Positions 62,544 to 64,000 of a DNA stretch of 64,000 nt are shown in pieces. The stretch is from an uncultured bacterium (GTDB lineage Bacteria > Chloroflexota > UBA5177 > JANWHV01): the NCBI GenBank assembly GCA_963827235.1, contig CAWHAE010000012.1, forward strand, positions 416,001-480,000, given 5' to 3'. The notes under the pieces were generated by a model. It made no database searches. It had not been told where the DNA came from and was given only the letters and a program-made list of their open reading frames with translations. Both the position numbers and the translations under genes were made by a program. How positions within the stretch are numbered: the first letter of the stretch is position 1; each line of letters starts with the position of its first letter.

Positions 62544-62928
62544 GATCGTGCGCCTGCCTGGGTGCCGCAGCTTCCCAGCTCGCCCGGGAGCGCGGCCTGG
62601 TACCGGCCCAGCGGGCACCGGCTCCGCCTCCCGCTGCGTGGCCAGCTCGTTGAGCTCTTCAGCAATCACGCCGGGACCATCACAACTTCCCTACCGCGCC
62701 ACAGTGACGACGCCCATCGGTCGCCTTACGTAGATCTATCGACAGATTCCGGCAGATCTGCAGGGCACCAACACGACTGCCAGGTGCCGGTCAGCGCCGA
62801 AGATCGCGAAGACCGCTTGGAGTGAGGTGACCAGCAGGATCGGCACGTGGTGCGCAGCGCTTTCTGCTCCGTGCCTGGACAGCGCAGCTTGCGACCGCAG
62901 CCGTGCCGGAAACGGCCCAGCGCGGCCG

Positions 62929-64000
62929 TCAGGCCACATGAATGGAGCGAATGTTCGGCCTGGCTCCCATCTGGTCGGGCGCGCTGGACACTGCCAGCGT
63001 GAAATGCTCCACCAGTTCCTTGAGCCCCGTGGCTAGCGCAGCCAGTTCCTGGGCGCCCGCGCTCATCTCTTCGACACTCGCCGTCTGCTCCTCGGTGGAC
63101 GCACTCACTTCCTCCGCCCCCGCCGCGCTCTGCTCGCTCACCGCTGCAATGCTCTCCACCGAGCCGTGTACCTGCTCGGCGCTTCGGCGCATCTCTCCCG
63201 CCGCCCGAGCCGTTTCCGCCGCTACTCGCGCCACGTGCTCCGCCGCGGGCACCGCCGCTGTGTGCACCGCCGCCACGCCGGCCGTCATCCGTCCGACCGC
63301 TGCGGTGATGGCCGAGGCCTGTGCGTTGGTCTCCTCCACCACGCCCAGAATGCTGGTCAGCGCCTCGCCTGCCTGCTGGCCCAGCACCGCGCTCTTCTCC
63401 ACCTCGCTGCTGCCCACCGCCATCGCCAGCACCACATCCGCCACCTGCTGCTGGATGGCCGCGATCCGCCCGGTGATCTCCTTGGTTTCGTTGCTGGACC
63501 GCTCCGCCAGCTTGCGCACCTCGGCCGCCACGACCGTGAAGCCCTTGCCGTGCTCGCCGGCTCGCGCTGCCTCGATAGCTGCGTTCAGGGCCAGCAGGTT
63601 GGTCTGCGCGGCGATGTCGTCGATCGCTTCCACGATCTGGCCGATCTCCTGGCTCTGCTTGCCCAGGGCTGCCACCTGCTCCGCACTCGTCTGCACGGCG
63701 GCCCGTACGCTGTCGATGCTGCTGATCGTCTGGGCTACGGCCGTGCCGCCGCCCTTGGCCGTGCCGGCAGCTCGTCCAGCCGCGCTGGTCACCGCTTCCA
63801 CGCTCTTCGAGGTGTCCTCGAGTGCATCCCGCAGAAGCCCGATGGCTGCATTGGCCTGGCGCACGGCCTCATGCTGCGCTTCCGCGCCGCCAGCCACCTG
63901 CTGTACGGCGGCGTTGAGGGTCGCCATCTGGGCGATGGCCTGGCTGCTGTCCTTGCTCTGCTCGCCCGTGCCACGCGCTACCTCCTCGATGGCGCGCGAT
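62929..64000 (-). CDS. Methyl-accepting chemotaxis protein (5' end outside window)
   Basis: [41 protein letters not shown]. Confidence 0.95.
   Translation of the reverse strand, partial: SRAIEEVARGTGEQSKDSSQAIAQMATLNAAVQQVAGGAEAQHEAVRQANAAIGLLRDALEDTSKSVEAVTSAAGRAAGTAKGGGTAVAQTISSIDSVRAAVQTSAEQVAALGKQSQEIGQIVEAIDDIAAQTNLLALNAAIEAARAGEHGKGFTVVAAEVRKLAERSSNETKEITGRIAAIQQQVADVVLAMAVGSSEVEKSAVLGQQAGEALTSILGVVEETNAQASAITAAVGRMTAGVAAVHTAAVPAAEHVARVAAETARAAGEMRRSAEQVHGSVESIAAVSEQSAAGAEEVSASTEEQTASVEEMSAGAQELAALATGLKELVEHFTLAVSSAPDQMGARPNIRSIHVA

Overview
GC-rich bacterial chromosome segment; the gene content (Pro/Thr-stalked envelope proteins, ISKra4-family IS, MCP type) suggests a Chloroflexota-like organism, which is inference. 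1-40.7 kb is mostly intact. It holds a fucose/arabinose-isomerase-family gene, MFS, DUF3089 hydrolase, tag, an MBOAT+SGNH O-acyltransferase pair, and a LacI-controlled sugar locus (PMI, fructokinase, ABC, SIS isomerase, ROK kinase) with visible operators and promoter. It also holds a four-gene minus-strand cluster led by a very divergent RuBisCO-like protein (RLP, PMI-fold cupin, UroD-fold protein, PHP-fold protein), which is the best candidate for an undescribed pathway. Then come a frameshifted Dna2-like nuclease-helicase, secG with tRNA-Leu(CAG), DUF1848, an ECF sigma with a long-stalked putative anti-sigma, and radC. 40.7-63 kb is an eroded accessory region of stress/dormancy-type genes, many frameshifted or internally deleted, with an ISKra4-family IS (TIRs and 9-bp TSD) splitting an AmmeMemoRadiSam operon, an orphan ERCC4 nuclease and a partial MCP. 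No CRISPR array or rRNA was seen. All calls come from motif recognition by eye; no database search was run.
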